A stretch of DNA of 64,000 nucleotides from Candidatus Dadabacteria bacterium (GTDB lineage Bacteria; Desulfobacterota_D; UBA1144; Nemesobacterales; CSP1-2): NCBI GenBank assembly GCA_963805855.1, contig CAWDVW010000005.1, positions 416,001-480,000 of the forward strand, read 5' to 3'. The notes beneath the pieces are model-generated. The model made no database searches and was not told the origin of the DNA. It saw only the letters and a list, made by a program, of their open reading frames with translations. Made by a program: the position numbers and the translations under genes. The stretch's first letter is position 1, and each line of letters begins with the position of its first letter. Positions 41,621-51,870 of this stretch are shown here, in pieces.

Positions 41621-41983
41621 GCCTCAACCCCCGAATTGGTCAAAGACTTTATCAATAAAAATTGAGTGGATTAACTGATTCAACAAACTCGAGCTCACCA
41701 CCGCCAAATCAATCCCATTTCAAATGCTTATTATCTAAAATTTGGTCCAAGAATGCAAGCTAACCAAAAATAACTCCTAGAATCGAAGCTGATTCAATAT
41801 ACCATTTATCCCAATATGTTTAATTTCCTTGGTTTGATGTTTGAGTAGGAAACTTTTATAATTTCGTATCATCTAATTAACAATTTTCTTCCTTTTGGGT
41901 GGATGAGATCGATTTGGCTGAAGTGGAGAGGCCATTTTGACCTGTGATCTTCTCAATAATCTGAGTACACCAGGACTTAATCA

Positions 41984-43075
41984 ATGACACAAAAAGGCTA
42001 TTTAGTAGCTGCTAACATCTCGGGATATGAAGAATTTCTCACGAAGGCTGAGCTTGAGCATGCACAATCGATTGTAAATGATCTAGTAAATACCCTCATA
42101 GATGGTATCAGCCATCCGCTAGTCTTCTCAAAAATAGAAGGAAATTCCATTTTCCTATGCTCACCTGAAGGTAGTTTTGTACAAGGTCAGACCTTGCTGG
42201 AAATAATTGAGAACCTGTATTGTACCTTCGCTAGGACACTAGAAACTATGTCTCGGAACACCGTGTGTCCTTGCCAAGCATGCCAGCTTATGTCTGGTTT
42301 GGATCTCAAATTTATCGTCCACTACGGAACATTTAGCTTGACTAAAATTGATGGTCAGCACGATCTGATGGGTCCGGACGTAATGATTCTGCGTGAATTA
42401 TTTAAAAGCCCTATCTCCGATGCTGCAGGTAATAATGGCTATCTGTTCATCACAAGCGCGTGCACAGATGCCATGGGATTAAGCAGGTTGACTGATCGTA
42501 TGAAGACCTACTCCGCCACGTTTGAAGACCTTGGAGAATTAAAAGGGCTTATCCACGACCTCCACGCCGTTTGGGAACGCGAACGCGAGCAACGTCGCAT
42601 CACGATTAAACCTGAGGACGCCTGGCTTCAGGTTGAGACAGATCTACCCGTTTCCTCGGCTTTAGCCTGGGAATACGTCACAGAACCGAATTTTAGGAAA
42701 CAGTGGCTTTCGGCAAGCAATGTTACGGCCTATACAAACGATAAGGGCCGAATGGGAATCGGTACTACATATATTTGCTCCCATGGGAATTATAAGATAA
42801 ACCAGGTCATAGTCGATTGGCGCCCCTTCGAATATCTGACAGTTGACACTGCGATGCCGATGAAGGGGATGCAGAGAAATACCACGCAGCTCACCCCTCA
42901 TGGAAGCGGAACCCGTGTTTCATGGAGATTTGATGAAATAACGGGGAGAAACCGAATACATACGCTTATGCTGAGGATGCTTTTGAATTCTATGAAGGGT
43001 AAGATAACGAGCCGCTTAAAAGAGGGCGGCAAGAAGGTACTAAAAATGATTGAAGACGATCGAATTGCGGAGTAA
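41984..43075 (+). CDS. DUF2652 (cyclase-like) + SRPBCC protein, degenerate active-site motifs
   Basis: ANISGYE, KIEGNS, CPCQAC, LKFIVHYG, YICSHG; paralog of the next gene. Confidence 0.8.
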   Translation: MTQKGYLVAANISGYEEFLTKAELEHAQSIVNDLVNTLIDGISHPLVFSKIEGNSIFLCSPEGSFVQGQTLLEIIENLYCTFARTLETMSRNTVCPCQACQLMSGLDLKFIVHYGTFSLTKIDGQHDLMGPDVMILRELFKSPISDAAGNNGYLFITSACTDAMGLSRLTDRMKTYSATFEDLGELKGLIHDLHAVWEREREQRRITIKPEDAWLQVETDLPVSSALAWEYVTEPNFRKQWLSASNVTAYTNDKGRMGIGTTYICSHGNYKINQVIVDWRPFEYLTVDTAMPMKGMQRNTTQLTPHGSGTRVSWRFDEITGRNRIHTLMLRMLLNSMKGKITSRLKEGGKKVLKMIEDDRIAE

Positions 43076-43173
43076 TTGATTAAATGCTTCGTATTTGAGA
43101 GGAGCGATTTAAAAACTTTCTTTGATTGAATCAAATTTTGTTTAGACAATAGTGATAAGGGGAGGTATTAATT

Positions 43174-44286
43174 ATGGCTCAAGAAAAGGGTTACCTTGTT
43201 ATCGCCGATATAAGTGGTTACACAGCCTTTTTGACCCAGGCAGAGCTAGAACACGCCGAAGGGATCATGAAAAGCCTGTTCGACACGCTTGAAAAAAGCA
43301 TGCAATCACCGCTTGTTATATCCAAATTGGAAGGGGATGCAATCTTCGCTTATGCACCGGACGGAAGTTTCATTAAGGGTCAGACGCTGCTTGAGGCTAT
43401 TGAGAATATATACTGTGCCTTTGCAATGTCTTTAGAGAGCATGCGTCGTAGCACAACGTGTACCTGCAAGGCATGCGAACTCATTCCCACCCTGGATCTA
43501 AAGTTTGTATCGCACTATGGCACATATATTCTGAGTGATATAGGCGGACGACAGGAACTTAGCGGACCTGACGTAATACTAACACATAGGCTTCTCAAGA
43601 ATAAAATAGATGAAACAAATGGAAAGATAGCCTATGCCTTTCTATCTGAATCCTGTGCGGATGCTATGGGTTTGGGCGAATTGAAAGAGGTAATGAAGCC
43701 GCACTCCGAGACGTACGAGCACCTCGGAGAGATTCGCGGCTATGTTCATGACCTGCATAAAGTTTGGGAGAGAGAACGCGAAGCGAGGCGTGTTTATGTT
43801 GATCCTGACGAATCCTGGTTCAAAGTCGAGGTTGATATACCGGCGAAACCTGCGCTTGTATGGGATTATTTGGCCGACCCGCAACTGAGGCGTCATTGGC
43901 TTCAAGCAGACGGCATGACTGCGAAGGGTGCTGAAAAGGGAAGATTGGGAGTCGGATCAGAATATCACTGTGCCCATGGAGACCTGACCGTCGTCCAGAC
44001 TGTTGTGGACTGGAAGCCATTCGACTATATGACCCTTGATGTCGCTTTCGCAAAGGATCAACGTTTTCGGCTCACCACCAAACTTACTCCAACAGATGGC
44101 GTTACACGTGTGTCATGGTACTTTTTCAAGCTAGGCAGCAGCAATTTCATCAACTCATTCGTAACCAAATGGAAGACGTCCAAGATGCAGGGTATGCTCG
44201 CTGACTTTTTCGGTAAGGGTAGCACGCTGCTCCGCGAGATGATAGAAAAGGACATCACAGAGGGTAAGGTAGCAACCAAAAATTAG
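43174..44286 (+). CDS. DUF2652 (cyclase-like) + SRPBCC protein
   Basis: IADISGYT, KLEGDA, CTCKAC, LKFVSHYG, GPDVILTHRLLKN, YHCAHG. Confidence 0.85.
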   Translation: MAQEKGYLVIADISGYTAFLTQAELEHAEGIMKSLFDTLEKSMQSPLVISKLEGDAIFAYAPDGSFIKGQTLLEAIENIYCAFAMSLESMRRSTTCTCKACELIPTLDLKFVSHYGTYILSDIGGRQELSGPDVILTHRLLKNKIDETNGKIAYAFLSESCADAMGLGELKEVMKPHSETYEHLGEIRGYVHDLHKVWEREREARRVYVDPDESWFKVEVDIPAKPALVWDYLADPQLRRHWLQADGMTAKGAEKGRLGVGSEYHCAHGDLTVVQTVVDWKPFDYMTLDVAFAKDQRFRLTTKLTPTDGVTRVSWYFFKLGSSNFINSFVTKWKTSKMQGMLADFFGKGSTLLREMIEKDITEGKVATKN

Positions 44287-44301
44287 TTTTGGTTGGTAGA
44301 T

Positions 44302-45297
44302 CTATGGCGAGAGGTTATTGATCGTCTCCCTCGCCAAATCTCTCGAGGCTTTGGGAGGCAAAATAATGATAGGAATGTCCGCGCCCGCTTTCCTGAATTC
44401 CTCGATTTTGCTTCTGCCGGCATTCGCCGAACCTGTAACCGCGACTGAATTCAGCAAGGTATCGCTGACACCTTCGATTGCTTCTGTTTTGCTTCCCTTT
44501 TTCCAAGCCTCAACAATCGAATTGGCTTCATGTTGGAATCCGTACCTGCTGATCAATCCAGAATAAAAAGTCCCCATCGCACCAATGTAATAGGCGATGT
44601 ATTCCTTGATTAATCTTCGTGTGCCATCCTCGTCATCAGAAACTAGCGCTGGGATGTAGGGACAAATTTTGATCTTATCAAACGCCTTTCCTCCCTTTTC
44701 AGCTCCAGCGCGTAGGTAATCTTCGGTTTGTTTGTAATGTTGAGTTGGAACCAGAAACGGAATCCAACCATCGGCAATTTCACCTGTAAGGGTTATATTC
44801 TTAGGTCCAATAGATGCAATATAAATCGGTATTACCTCTCTGAATGGCTTAAATTGGAGACTAAAGTTTTTTAGTTTAAAAATCTCGCCCTGATAATTTA
44901 CTCTTTGTCCACTAATTATCATCCTTATTATTTCGACGTATTCTCGAGTCCTTCGTAGTGGTTTCTCAAACTTAACACCATGCCAGTTTTCAATCACTAC
45001 GGGTCCGCTTGTACCCAGGCCGAGTATCACTCTTCCCTCTGAGATCTCATCTAATGTCGCAATAGTTTGTGCAATAATCGCCGGGGTTCTGCTGTAGACC
45101 GAAACGATTCCCGTTCCGAGCTTAATCCTTTTTGTATGTAGCGCGATCACCGAGAGAATAGAGAATGCGTCCCTACCCCACATCTCGGGAACCCAGATAG
45201 AATCATATCCAAGTCCTTCTGCAAGTTGGGCAAAATCAATGATCTCGTCTTTTGTGATATCATTCCAGTAAGGAATTACAAGACCTATTGCGGACAA
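44302..45297 (-). CDS. LLM-class oxidoreductase, probably F420-dependent
   Basis: GGAGG RBS before TTG at 45297; WVPEMWGRDA, RTPA..AQT.ATLD.IS.GR.ILGLGTSGP.VIE.WHG, GEIADGW. Confidence 0.85.
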   Translation of the reverse strand: MSAIGLVIPYWNDITKDEIIDFAQLAEGLGYDSIWVPEMWGRDAFSILSVIALHTKRIKLGTGIVSVYSRTPAIIAQTIATLDEISEGRVILGLGTSGPVVIENWHGVKFEKPLRRTREYVEIIRMIISGQRVNYQGEIFKLKNFSLQFKPFREVIPIYIASIGPKNITLTGEIADGWIPFLVPTQHYKQTEDYLRAGAEKGGKAFDKIKICPYIPALVSDDEDGTRRLIKEYIAYYIGAMGTFYSGLISRYGFQHEANSIVEAWKKGSKTEAIEGVSDTLLNSVAVTGSANAGRSKIEEFRKAGADIPIIILPPKASRDLARETINNLSP

Positions 45298-45337
45298 TTT
45301 GTCACCTCCTTCAAATTCAGCATCTATATCATAATTT

Positions 45338-45600
45338 TGCCAATCCCGCAACGAGTGAGTGGGAATCCGTCTGGCCATTGTCCCGACTTCCTTTATTGGA
45401 AATCGATATAAATTATCTTTTGGATCACCGATTACGCTTTTCCCGCATGAACTAAGCGGGGATTACTCGGTGATGACAAATGAGATATCGCCATCAGCGG
45501 TAGTCATTGAAAACCATCCTCTTGTGTCATTCCCGCGGATTGTTAGCGGGAATCCATATTTTTCTTTCTGGATCCCCGACAACTGTCCTCGGGGATGACA
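45338..45600. repeat. Cluster of TGTCATTCCCGC..GCGGGAATCCA-type palindromic repeats in inverted pairs
   Basis: Units at 45338-45368, 45421-45478 (inverted), 45525-45557, 45569-45600 (inverted). Confidence 0.75.
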
Positions 45601-45664
45601 AATTACTCGTCATTTCAATTAGAGCATTATACTTACAGTGTCGGTATTAAAATACAGCTAGACT

Positions 45665-45955
45665 ATGAACGCGTACTTTGTTTATATAATGGCGAGTAAA
45701 AGAAACGGTACCTTGTACGTTGGTGTAACCTACAATCTAATGAAAAGAGTTTACGAACACAGAACTGATATAATCCAGGGATTTACGAAGAAATATTCGA
45801 TACATAAATTAGTTTATTACGAACAGACAAATGACATTTACAACGCAATCGAAAGAGAAAAACGTCTAAAAAAATGGCACCGAAAGTGGAAAATAAAGCT
45901 GATTGAGAAGTTTAATCCGAATTGGGATGATTTGTATGACGAGGTAACAGGCTAA
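45665..45955 (+). CDS. Small GIY-YIG nuclease
   Basis: YFVYIMASKRNGTLYVGVT..L..RVYEH, GFT.KY...KLVYYE, AI.REK.LKKW.R.WK..LIE..NP.W.DL. Confidence 0.92.
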   Translation: MNAYFVYIMASKRNGTLYVGVTYNLMKRVYEHRTDIIQGFTKKYSIHKLVYYEQTNDIYNAIEREKRLKKWHRKWKIKLIEKFNPNWDDLYDEVTG

Positions 45956-45974
45956 TTGTAAAACCAACCTAAGC

Positions 45975-46007
45975 TGTCATTCCCGCGGATTGTTAGCGGG
46001 AATCCAT
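45975..46007 (+). repeat. Exact 33-bp copy of the 45525-45557 repeat
   Basis: TGTCATTCCCGCGGATTGTTAGCGGGAATCCAT. Confidence 0.85.
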
Positions 46008-46161
46008 GCTCCTGGTTTTGGATCGCCAATCCAAATTGTGCCAGTTAGGCTTTCGAAGTACTGAAATCCCATTTAATGATGTTAAGATATTTTATAAATA
46101 ATGTCCAAAATTCCAAAAGACTTATTAAGCGAAGTAAACAAATGGAGAAATTTAGCAGAGA

Positions 46162-46661
46162 ATGAGACCGACTAACATTATAATTCCTGGTCCTGGGCAG
46201 GAATCGGTCTGGGACTATCCTAGACCTCCCCGTGTAGAACCGGTAAAAAGTAGAATTCGTGTTGAGTTTGGAGGTCTTGTAATCGCAGATAGCAATAAAA
46301 CCTATAGGGTGTGAAGAGACCGCAAGTCCCCCGGTTTATTACATACCTCAAGCAGATATACAAATGAAATATCTGGAGCCTGGCAATAAATCGACCCTCT
46401 GTGAATGGAAAGGAAAAGCCAGATATTGGACTGTCCGCGTTGGGAAGAAATGCTCTGAAAACGCCGGCCTGGAGCTACCCAGAGCCCTGGGATGGTTTTG
46501 AGTTGATAACCGATTACATAGCCTTCAATGCGAGCAAGATGGACGCCTGCTACGTTGGAAATGAAAAAGTGTTGCCGCAACCGGGTAATTACTATGGGGG
46601 ATGGATAACATCGGACATTGTAGGCCCCTTCAAAGGCGAACCGGGAACTGAGGGGTGGTAG
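46162..46661 (+). pseudogene. DUF427 protein with two apparent +1 frameshifts (near 46313 and 46465)
   Basis: PGPGQESVWDYPRPP; ETASPPVYYIP, CEWKGKA.YW; AWSYPEP, PQPG.YYGGWIT..IVGPFKG across three frames. Confidence 0.8.
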
Positions 46662-46901
46662 AAACTAAGTTTCAAAAACGCAAAATAACAGTTAACTTAT
46701 CTCCGCACTGTAAGACAATTACCCTTATTAAACAGATACCGAAGGCATTGGTAACCAAAGCAGCTTCTTCATCTTAAGAATGAAGATGCTACTGGTTTTT
46801 CCGTTCGCAACCAATTCTTTATTTTCATTTTTATGACAAATCTCATATAATATTTCAATAATAAAACGAATAAATTTGGTCGAATATTATTTCTTGAGAA
46901 T

Positions 46902-49900
46902 ATGGAAACTAAGATTTTAGTCTGTGCGCATTGCGGATTTCAAAATCCTGAGAATGCTAAGTTCTGCGTTGAATGTGGAACGAAGGTGGAGATCAGATGT
47001 CAGAACTGTGGCAAAGATAACCCTCCTACCCATAAGTTCTGCTTCGAATGCGGAGGAAAGCTCGGCAAAAGTGCAGATGTTAAAGAAGATAAGCAACTTA
47101 ATTTAAGTGAACCCCAGAGTTACATCCCAAAACACCTTGCCGATAAAATTCTCGTCAATAGAGCCCGCCTTGAAGGAGAGCGAAAGCTGGTAACGGTGCT
47201 ATTTGCCGACGCTTCGAGCTTCACTGCATTATCAGAAAAATTAGACCCTGAGGAGGTTCGCACTTTGATGAATCAGGCCCTCAGGCTTATTATAGATCAG
47301 GTACATCGCTATGAGGGCACAATCAACAAATTTACGGGCGATGGCGCAATGGCACTATTCGGTGCCCCTATTGCCCAGGAGGATCATGCCTATAGGTCGG
47401 TAACTTCGGCTTTGGGTATTCAGAAGGCCATCAGATTATACGGTGAAGAGCTTAAGTTAGCGCAGGGGATAGACTTCAAGATGCGAATTGGCATTAATAC
47501 CGGGCTCGTAGTCGTTGGAAGTATTGGTAATGACCTAAGTATGGAATATACAGCCATGGGAGATACGGTTAATCTGGCTTCACGTTTAGAAGGCCTGGCT
47601 GAACCGGGGTCTATCCTGATTAGTGAGAGTACCTACAAACTCGTGAAGGATTACTTTGAGTGTATCCCACTCGAAGAAGCTCGCGTTAAGGGAAAAAGTC
47701 AGCCTGTAAAGGCCTGTACAGTAATTGGGAAAACGGATCGAAAAGTAAGATTTGATTTATCCCTGGAGCGAGGGTTAACAAAATTTGTAGGAAGGGAAAA
47801 GGAACTGGGGCTTATAAAGGATTCCTTTGAAAACGTAAAGAAAGGACACGGACAGATTTTATGTATTATTGGCGAAGCGGGGTTGGGAAAATCAAGATTG
47901 GTTCACGAGTTTAAAACTACGCTCCGTGATGAAGAAGTGAGCTACCTGGAAGGGAATTGCATCTCTTACGGCAAATCATTTTCTTATCTTCCAATCATTG
48001 AGATATTAAAGAATAGTTTTGATATTGATGATAGAGACGATGACGACCTGATTAAGGCTAAAGTGGAGATTGCGATAAACAGGATCGACGATAAATTAAC
48101 GGATACGATCCCACTTATTCTCGATCTCCTTTCTGTAAAAGCCGATTCTGATATATTGAAAAACTTAGATGCAGCACAGAAAAGACAAGCTATATTTGAC
48201 GCCCTTAAAGCCATAATCCTGAGAATGAGTCAAACTAAACCGCTGGTTTTAGCAATTGAAGACCTCCATTGGATTGATAAAACCTCAGAGGAACTTCTTA
48301 ATAGTATTGCAAGGAGTATGGGTAATGAACGAATTATGCTTCTCTTTACCTGTCGCCCGGGATTTGTTCATAGCTTTATCGACAAACCTTACTACACCCA
48401 GATCGCGCTAACGTCTCTTTCAACAGGCGAATGCAGGTTTCTAGTAGAATCGATTCTGAAAAGTGAAGAAATATCCGAAGAATTAATGGGACTAATACTT
48501 AAAAAAACCGGAGGTAATGCACTATTTGTTGAAGAGGTAACAAGGTCGCTTATCGATAGCGGAATAATCGTCAAGAGCGATGGACGATACACGGCAGAGA
48601 AAGAAGTATCTGAGATTGAAGTCCCGAGCAGTGTACAAGATATAATCATGGCCCGGATAGACCGACTTGAGGAAACCCGAAAATCGAAACTCCAAGTATG
48701 CTCGGTTATCGGAAGGGAGTTCAGTTTTGAGCTACTTCAAAAGATATCTGCTATTGACGAAAATGAACTTCGGGAACGCCTGATGACACTCACAAACTCC
48801 GATCTGATCTACGAAAGGGGGGTTTACCCGGACGTTGACTACCTGTTCAAACATGCTCTTACCCTAGAAGTTGCATACAACACACTTTTGCTTCAAAAGA
48901 GAAAGGAACTCCATGAAAAGGTGGGTAGTGCAATCGAAGAGATGTATCCTTCCCGTCTTGAAGATTTCTATGGTGTCCTTGCCCATCATTTTAGTAAGAG
49001 TGATAACAGGGAAAAGGCGGTTAATTATTTAACACTGGTTGGCAAAAGGGCAAAGGATGTTCTTTCAACCGATGAAGCCCTTACCAATTTTAACGAAGTG
49101 CTAAAACTTCTTGGGCAAATGGAAAAGACCGATACCGGCAAGGCTAAAAGGATAGATATTCTATTTGAGATAGAAAACATATACGACAACATGGCAAAAA
49201 GAGATGATCAGAAAAAGATACTCGAAGAAATAATAACTCTATCTAAAGATATAAATGATAAGAGCAGGCTTTCAGATGGTTACATCAAGCAAGGCGAACT
49301 CTTGAGTGTGATGGGAGAATACCAGAAAGCAAAGGAAATCTGCCAATCAGCGCTTACCCTTAAAAGGGAGATAAGAGATAAGATAGGCGAGGGAAAAGCA
49401 TTGAGGGGTATGGGATTCATAAATTGGCGTTCGGCGGATTACAACGACGCTCTGAAGTACCACAAAGAGGCCTTAATGGTGCATAGAGAAATGGGCAGTC
49501 GCGAAGCAGAAGGATTTGAACTTATCAGCCTGGGAGAAATCTATAGGAAGCTTGGTCAATATGAAGATGCCCTGTCACATCTTCACGAGGCCTTTAACAT
49601 ACATAGAGGCGCGAGAATCGTAACAGGTCAGAACGTTTCCGCATTTAACATCGGAACCGTCTACGGAGAAATGGGCAATTACGAGAAATGCGCGGAGTAC
49701 TATCGGGAATGCTGGAGAGTAATTAAAGAGGGCGGGTTCAGGAGCTTTCGTGCATACTCGCATCTTATTGTTCCAATCAGTTTGGGAAATGTATACTCGC
49801 GTTTGGGTAATTACGAAGATTCACTCCAATACTACACTGAAGCGCTGGATATAAGCAGAGGCCTTGGGGATAAGACCGAAGAGGGCAACATACTGAGTTA

Positions 49901-50660
49901 CATTGCTGCCACATACAATATTTTGGGAAAATATGATGAGTCTATAAAATATTACAAAGAGGCCTTGAAGATCTATCGAAAATTAGGAGACAAGGTAGCA
50001 GAAGGCGCAGTTCTCAATCACATTGGTAATACCTACCGTCAATATCTTAACGACTATCGAGAGGCCCTATCATATTATAAAGAGGGTTTGGAAGTTGCAA
50101 AAAAGAACGGCGACGAAGATGGGGCCAGAAGTATTCTTAACAACCTGGGGGTAGTAAATTGGAATCTTGGTCTCCACGAAGAAGCCCTTGCTTACTACCG
50201 CGAGGCATTGGAAATATGTAAGAGGATTGGAAATACGATCGGAGAAGGTGTTACGCTCAGTGGAATGGCAATTGTTTATCTGAGCCTTCGAAAGTACGAT
50301 GAGGCCTTGAAGTGTAACGAGGATGCCTTGAATATTCTAAAGCCAACGGGAGACCAAAAGGTTGAGGGTTATATCCTAAATTCTATCGGGAACGTGTATA
50401 ATGAGATGGGTGATTACCAGAAGGCTTGGAGGTACTATCAAGAGACTCTAAGGATAAGAAGGGAGCTCCAGGATAAAAAGGGAGAGGCCTGGGCACTTCA
50501 TAATCTCGGCAGGGTCTATACGAACCTGTCTAATTATGAGGAGGCATCGAAACATTACGAGGAAGCCCTTTGCCTGGCTGAAGAACTGGGAGAGGAAGAA
50601 TTGACCGTCACCACCAAGGACGCTTTGAGCGAGATCAAAGGAATGGAGAAGAGTATTTAG
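46902..50660 (+). CDS. Double zinc ribbon-adenylate cyclase-STAND ATPase-TPR protein
   Basis: Four CxxC; FADASSFT, NKFTGDG, YTAMGDTVNLASRL; GEAGLGKS; EDLHW; long array of ~40-aa TPR repeats. Confidence 0.92.
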   Translation: METKILVCAHCGFQNPENAKFCVECGTKVEIRCQNCGKDNPPTHKFCFECGGKLGKSADVKEDKQLNLSEPQSYIPKHLADKILVNRARLEGERKLVTVLFADASSFTALSEKLDPEEVRTLMNQALRLIIDQVHRYEGTINKFTGDGAMALFGAPIAQEDHAYRSVTSALGIQKAIRLYGEELKLAQGIDFKMRIGINTGLVVVGSIGNDLSMEYTAMGDTVNLASRLEGLAEPGSILISESTYKLVKDYFECIPLEEARVKGKSQPVKACTVIGKTDRKVRFDLSLERGLTKFVGREKELGLIKDSFENVKKGHGQILCIIGEAGLGKSRLVHEFKTTLRDEEVSYLEGNCISYGKSFSYLPIIEILKNSFDIDDRDDDDLIKAKVEIAINRIDDKLTDTIPLILDLLSVKADSDILKNLDAAQKRQAIFDALKAIILRMSQTKPLVLAIEDLHWIDKTSEELLNSIARSMGNERIMLLFTCRPGFVHSFIDKPYYTQIALTSLSTGECRFLVESILKSEEISEELMGLILKKTGGNALFVEEVTRSLIDSGIIVKSDGRYTAEKEVSEIEVPSSVQDIIMARIDRLEETRKSKLQVCSVIGREFSFELLQKISAIDENELRERLMTLTNSDLIYERGVYPDVDYLFKHALTLEVAYNTLLLQKRKELHEKVGSAIEEMYPSRLEDFYGVLAHHFSKSDNREKAVNYLTLVGKRAKDVLSTDEALTNFNEVLKLLGQMEKTDTGKAKRIDILFEIENIYDNMAKRDDQKKILEEIITLSKDINDKSRLSDGYIKQGELLSVMGEYQKAKEICQSALTLKREIRDKIGEGKALRGMGFINWRSADYNDALKYHKEALMVHREMGSREAEGFELISLGEIYRKLGQYEDALSHLHEAFNIHRGARIVTGQNVSAFNIGTVYGEMGNYEKCAEYYRECWRVIKEGGFRSFRAYSHLIVPISLGNVYSRLGNYEDSLQYYTEALDISRGLGDKTEEGNILSYIAATYNILGKYDESIKYYKEALKIYRKLGDKVAEGAVLNHIGNTYRQYLNDYREALSYYKEGLEVAKKNGDEDGARSILNNLGVVNWNLGLHEEALAYYREALEICKRIGNTIGEGVTLSGMAIVYLSLRKYDEALKCNEDALNILKPTGDQKVEGYILNSIGNVYNEMGDYQKAWRYYQETLRIRRELQDKKGEAWALHNLGRVYTNLSNYEEASKHYEEALCLAEELGEEELTVTTKDALSEIKGMEKSI

Positions 50661-50708
50661 CTTTAGTTTCAAAAAAGTTTAAAAAATATTATAGGGAGGT
50701 TAATAGAG

Positions 50709-50972
50709 ATGCCAAGATATCTAATCACCCGGACGGTGCCCCCATTGACGGAAGAACAAATAGCAGCGGCAGGAAAACTTTCTAAAGCTGTTACCGAAGA
50801 GTTGGGAATAAAGTGGATAAAGAGTTACTACTCAGAGAAAGAGGGAAAATTCTACTGTGAGTATGAAGCACCAAACGTTGATTTAATCTATGAACACGGA
50901 AGACGGGCACAACTCCCGGTGGATTCTGTCTCTATGATTTCGGGCGAGTTTGATCCCAGCATGTTTAAGTAG
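50709..50972 (+). CDS. DUF4242 (SCO4226-like) small protein, copy 1
   Basis: MPRYLITRTVP, WIKSY, K.YCEYEAP, EH.RRA.LPVD; GGAGG RBS. Confidence 0.82.
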   Translation: MPRYLITRTVPPLTEEQIAAAGKLSKAVTEELGIKWIKSYYSEKEGKFYCEYEAPNVDLIYEHGRRAQLPVDSVSMISGEFDPSMFK

Positions 50973-51011
50973 TTATAATATAGTCAGAGTTAATTTAGAG
51001 AAATATTACTT

Positions 51012-51275
51012 ATGCCAAAATTCCTTACTGTGCGGACGGTGCCTCCTTTAACAGAGGAGCAGATCTCCTCATCGTCAAAACGATCCATGACTGTTGGCGA
51101 GGAGATAGGGGTAAAGTGGATAAAGAGCTATTATTCAGCGAAGGATGGAAAGCTCTATTGCGAATGGGAAGCAACGAGCGTAGAAGCGATATATGAACAC
51201 GCAAAGCTCATGAATAGTCCAGTAGATTCCGTTTCAATCATATCGGACGAATTTGACCCCAGTATGTTTAAGTAA
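51012..51275 (+). CDS. DUF4242 small protein, copy 2
   Basis: WIKSY, KLYCEWEA, EHA...SPVD, EFDPSMFK. Confidence 0.82.
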   Translation: MPKFLTVRTVPPLTEEQISSSSKRSMTVGEEIGVKWIKSYYSAKDGKLYCEWEATSVEAIYEHAKLMNSPVDSVSIISDEFDPSMFK

Positions 51276-51425
51276 AAACTCTGGTTTTATTCCAAGATTA
51301 CCGCTTTCGATGAATCCTTAATTATGCTTACTAGAAAATGAAAGGCTCAGGTGTCGCAATGACAGGCGAGGGAAAGACCTGTACCAAGCTACCAAGAGTT
51401 CACTAGTTAAAATGGAGAATTTTAG

Positions 51426-51692
51426 GTGCCCAAATTTTTAGTTACTCGAACTGTTCCCAATCTGACCAAGGAAGAAATTGATTCGGCAAACAAACGCGAC
51501 GTAGCCATCTGCAGAGAGATGGGAACCGTGAGATGGATAAAAAGCTATCATTCCGCAAAAGATGGAAAGTTCTATTGTGAGTATGAGGCACCGAGCGTAG
51601 ATGCAATCTATGAACACGCAAGGCGGGCAAAATTACCGGTAGACTCGGTTTCACTGATTTCCAATGAATTTGATCCAAGCATGTTTAAGTAG
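51426..51692 (+). CDS. DUF4242 small protein, copy 3
   Basis: WIKSY, KFYCEYEAP, EHARRAKLPVD, EFDPSMFK. Confidence 0.82.
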   Translation: MPKFLVTRTVPNLTKEEIDSANKRDVAICREMGTVRWIKSYHSAKDGKFYCEYEAPSVDAIYEHARRAKLPVDSVSLISNEFDPSMFK

Positions 51693-51742
51693 AAATCTAA
51701 AGGACATATCTTCATGGACTAAGTACCGATATCTATAAAGTC

Positions 51743-51778
51743 GTAAACGTTGTTTCCACCTGTGTAAACTTCGTTGAT
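51743..51778. promoter_or_regulatory. Putative upstream activator sequence (tandem GTAAAC-N3-GTT boxes)
   Basis: GTAAACgttGTTTCC at 51743 and GTAAACttcGTTGAT at 51764, 21 bp apart. Confidence 0.5.
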
Positions 51779-51870
51779 GCGATGACGCTACTAATGTTGT
51801 TCGCACATGTTAATCTAAAATCCTAAAGATAGCTCACAAAACAAATACGTTTGGGGACTTGATGTGATAT

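Noticed and set aside
45298-45378. N-terminal extension of the LLM gene in the ORF track
   Set aside because: Overlaps a repeat unit; strong RBS precedes TTG at 45297
45338-46007. CRISPR array
   Set aside because: Only two identical units 450 bp apart, others inverted; no regular spacers or cas genes
51340-51390. Glycine-riboswitch-like CTCAGG motif
   Set aside because: 5' aptamer elements absent
50709-51692. Non-coding tandem repeat or CRISPR
   Set aside because: Similarity is explained by three paralogous protein-coding genes
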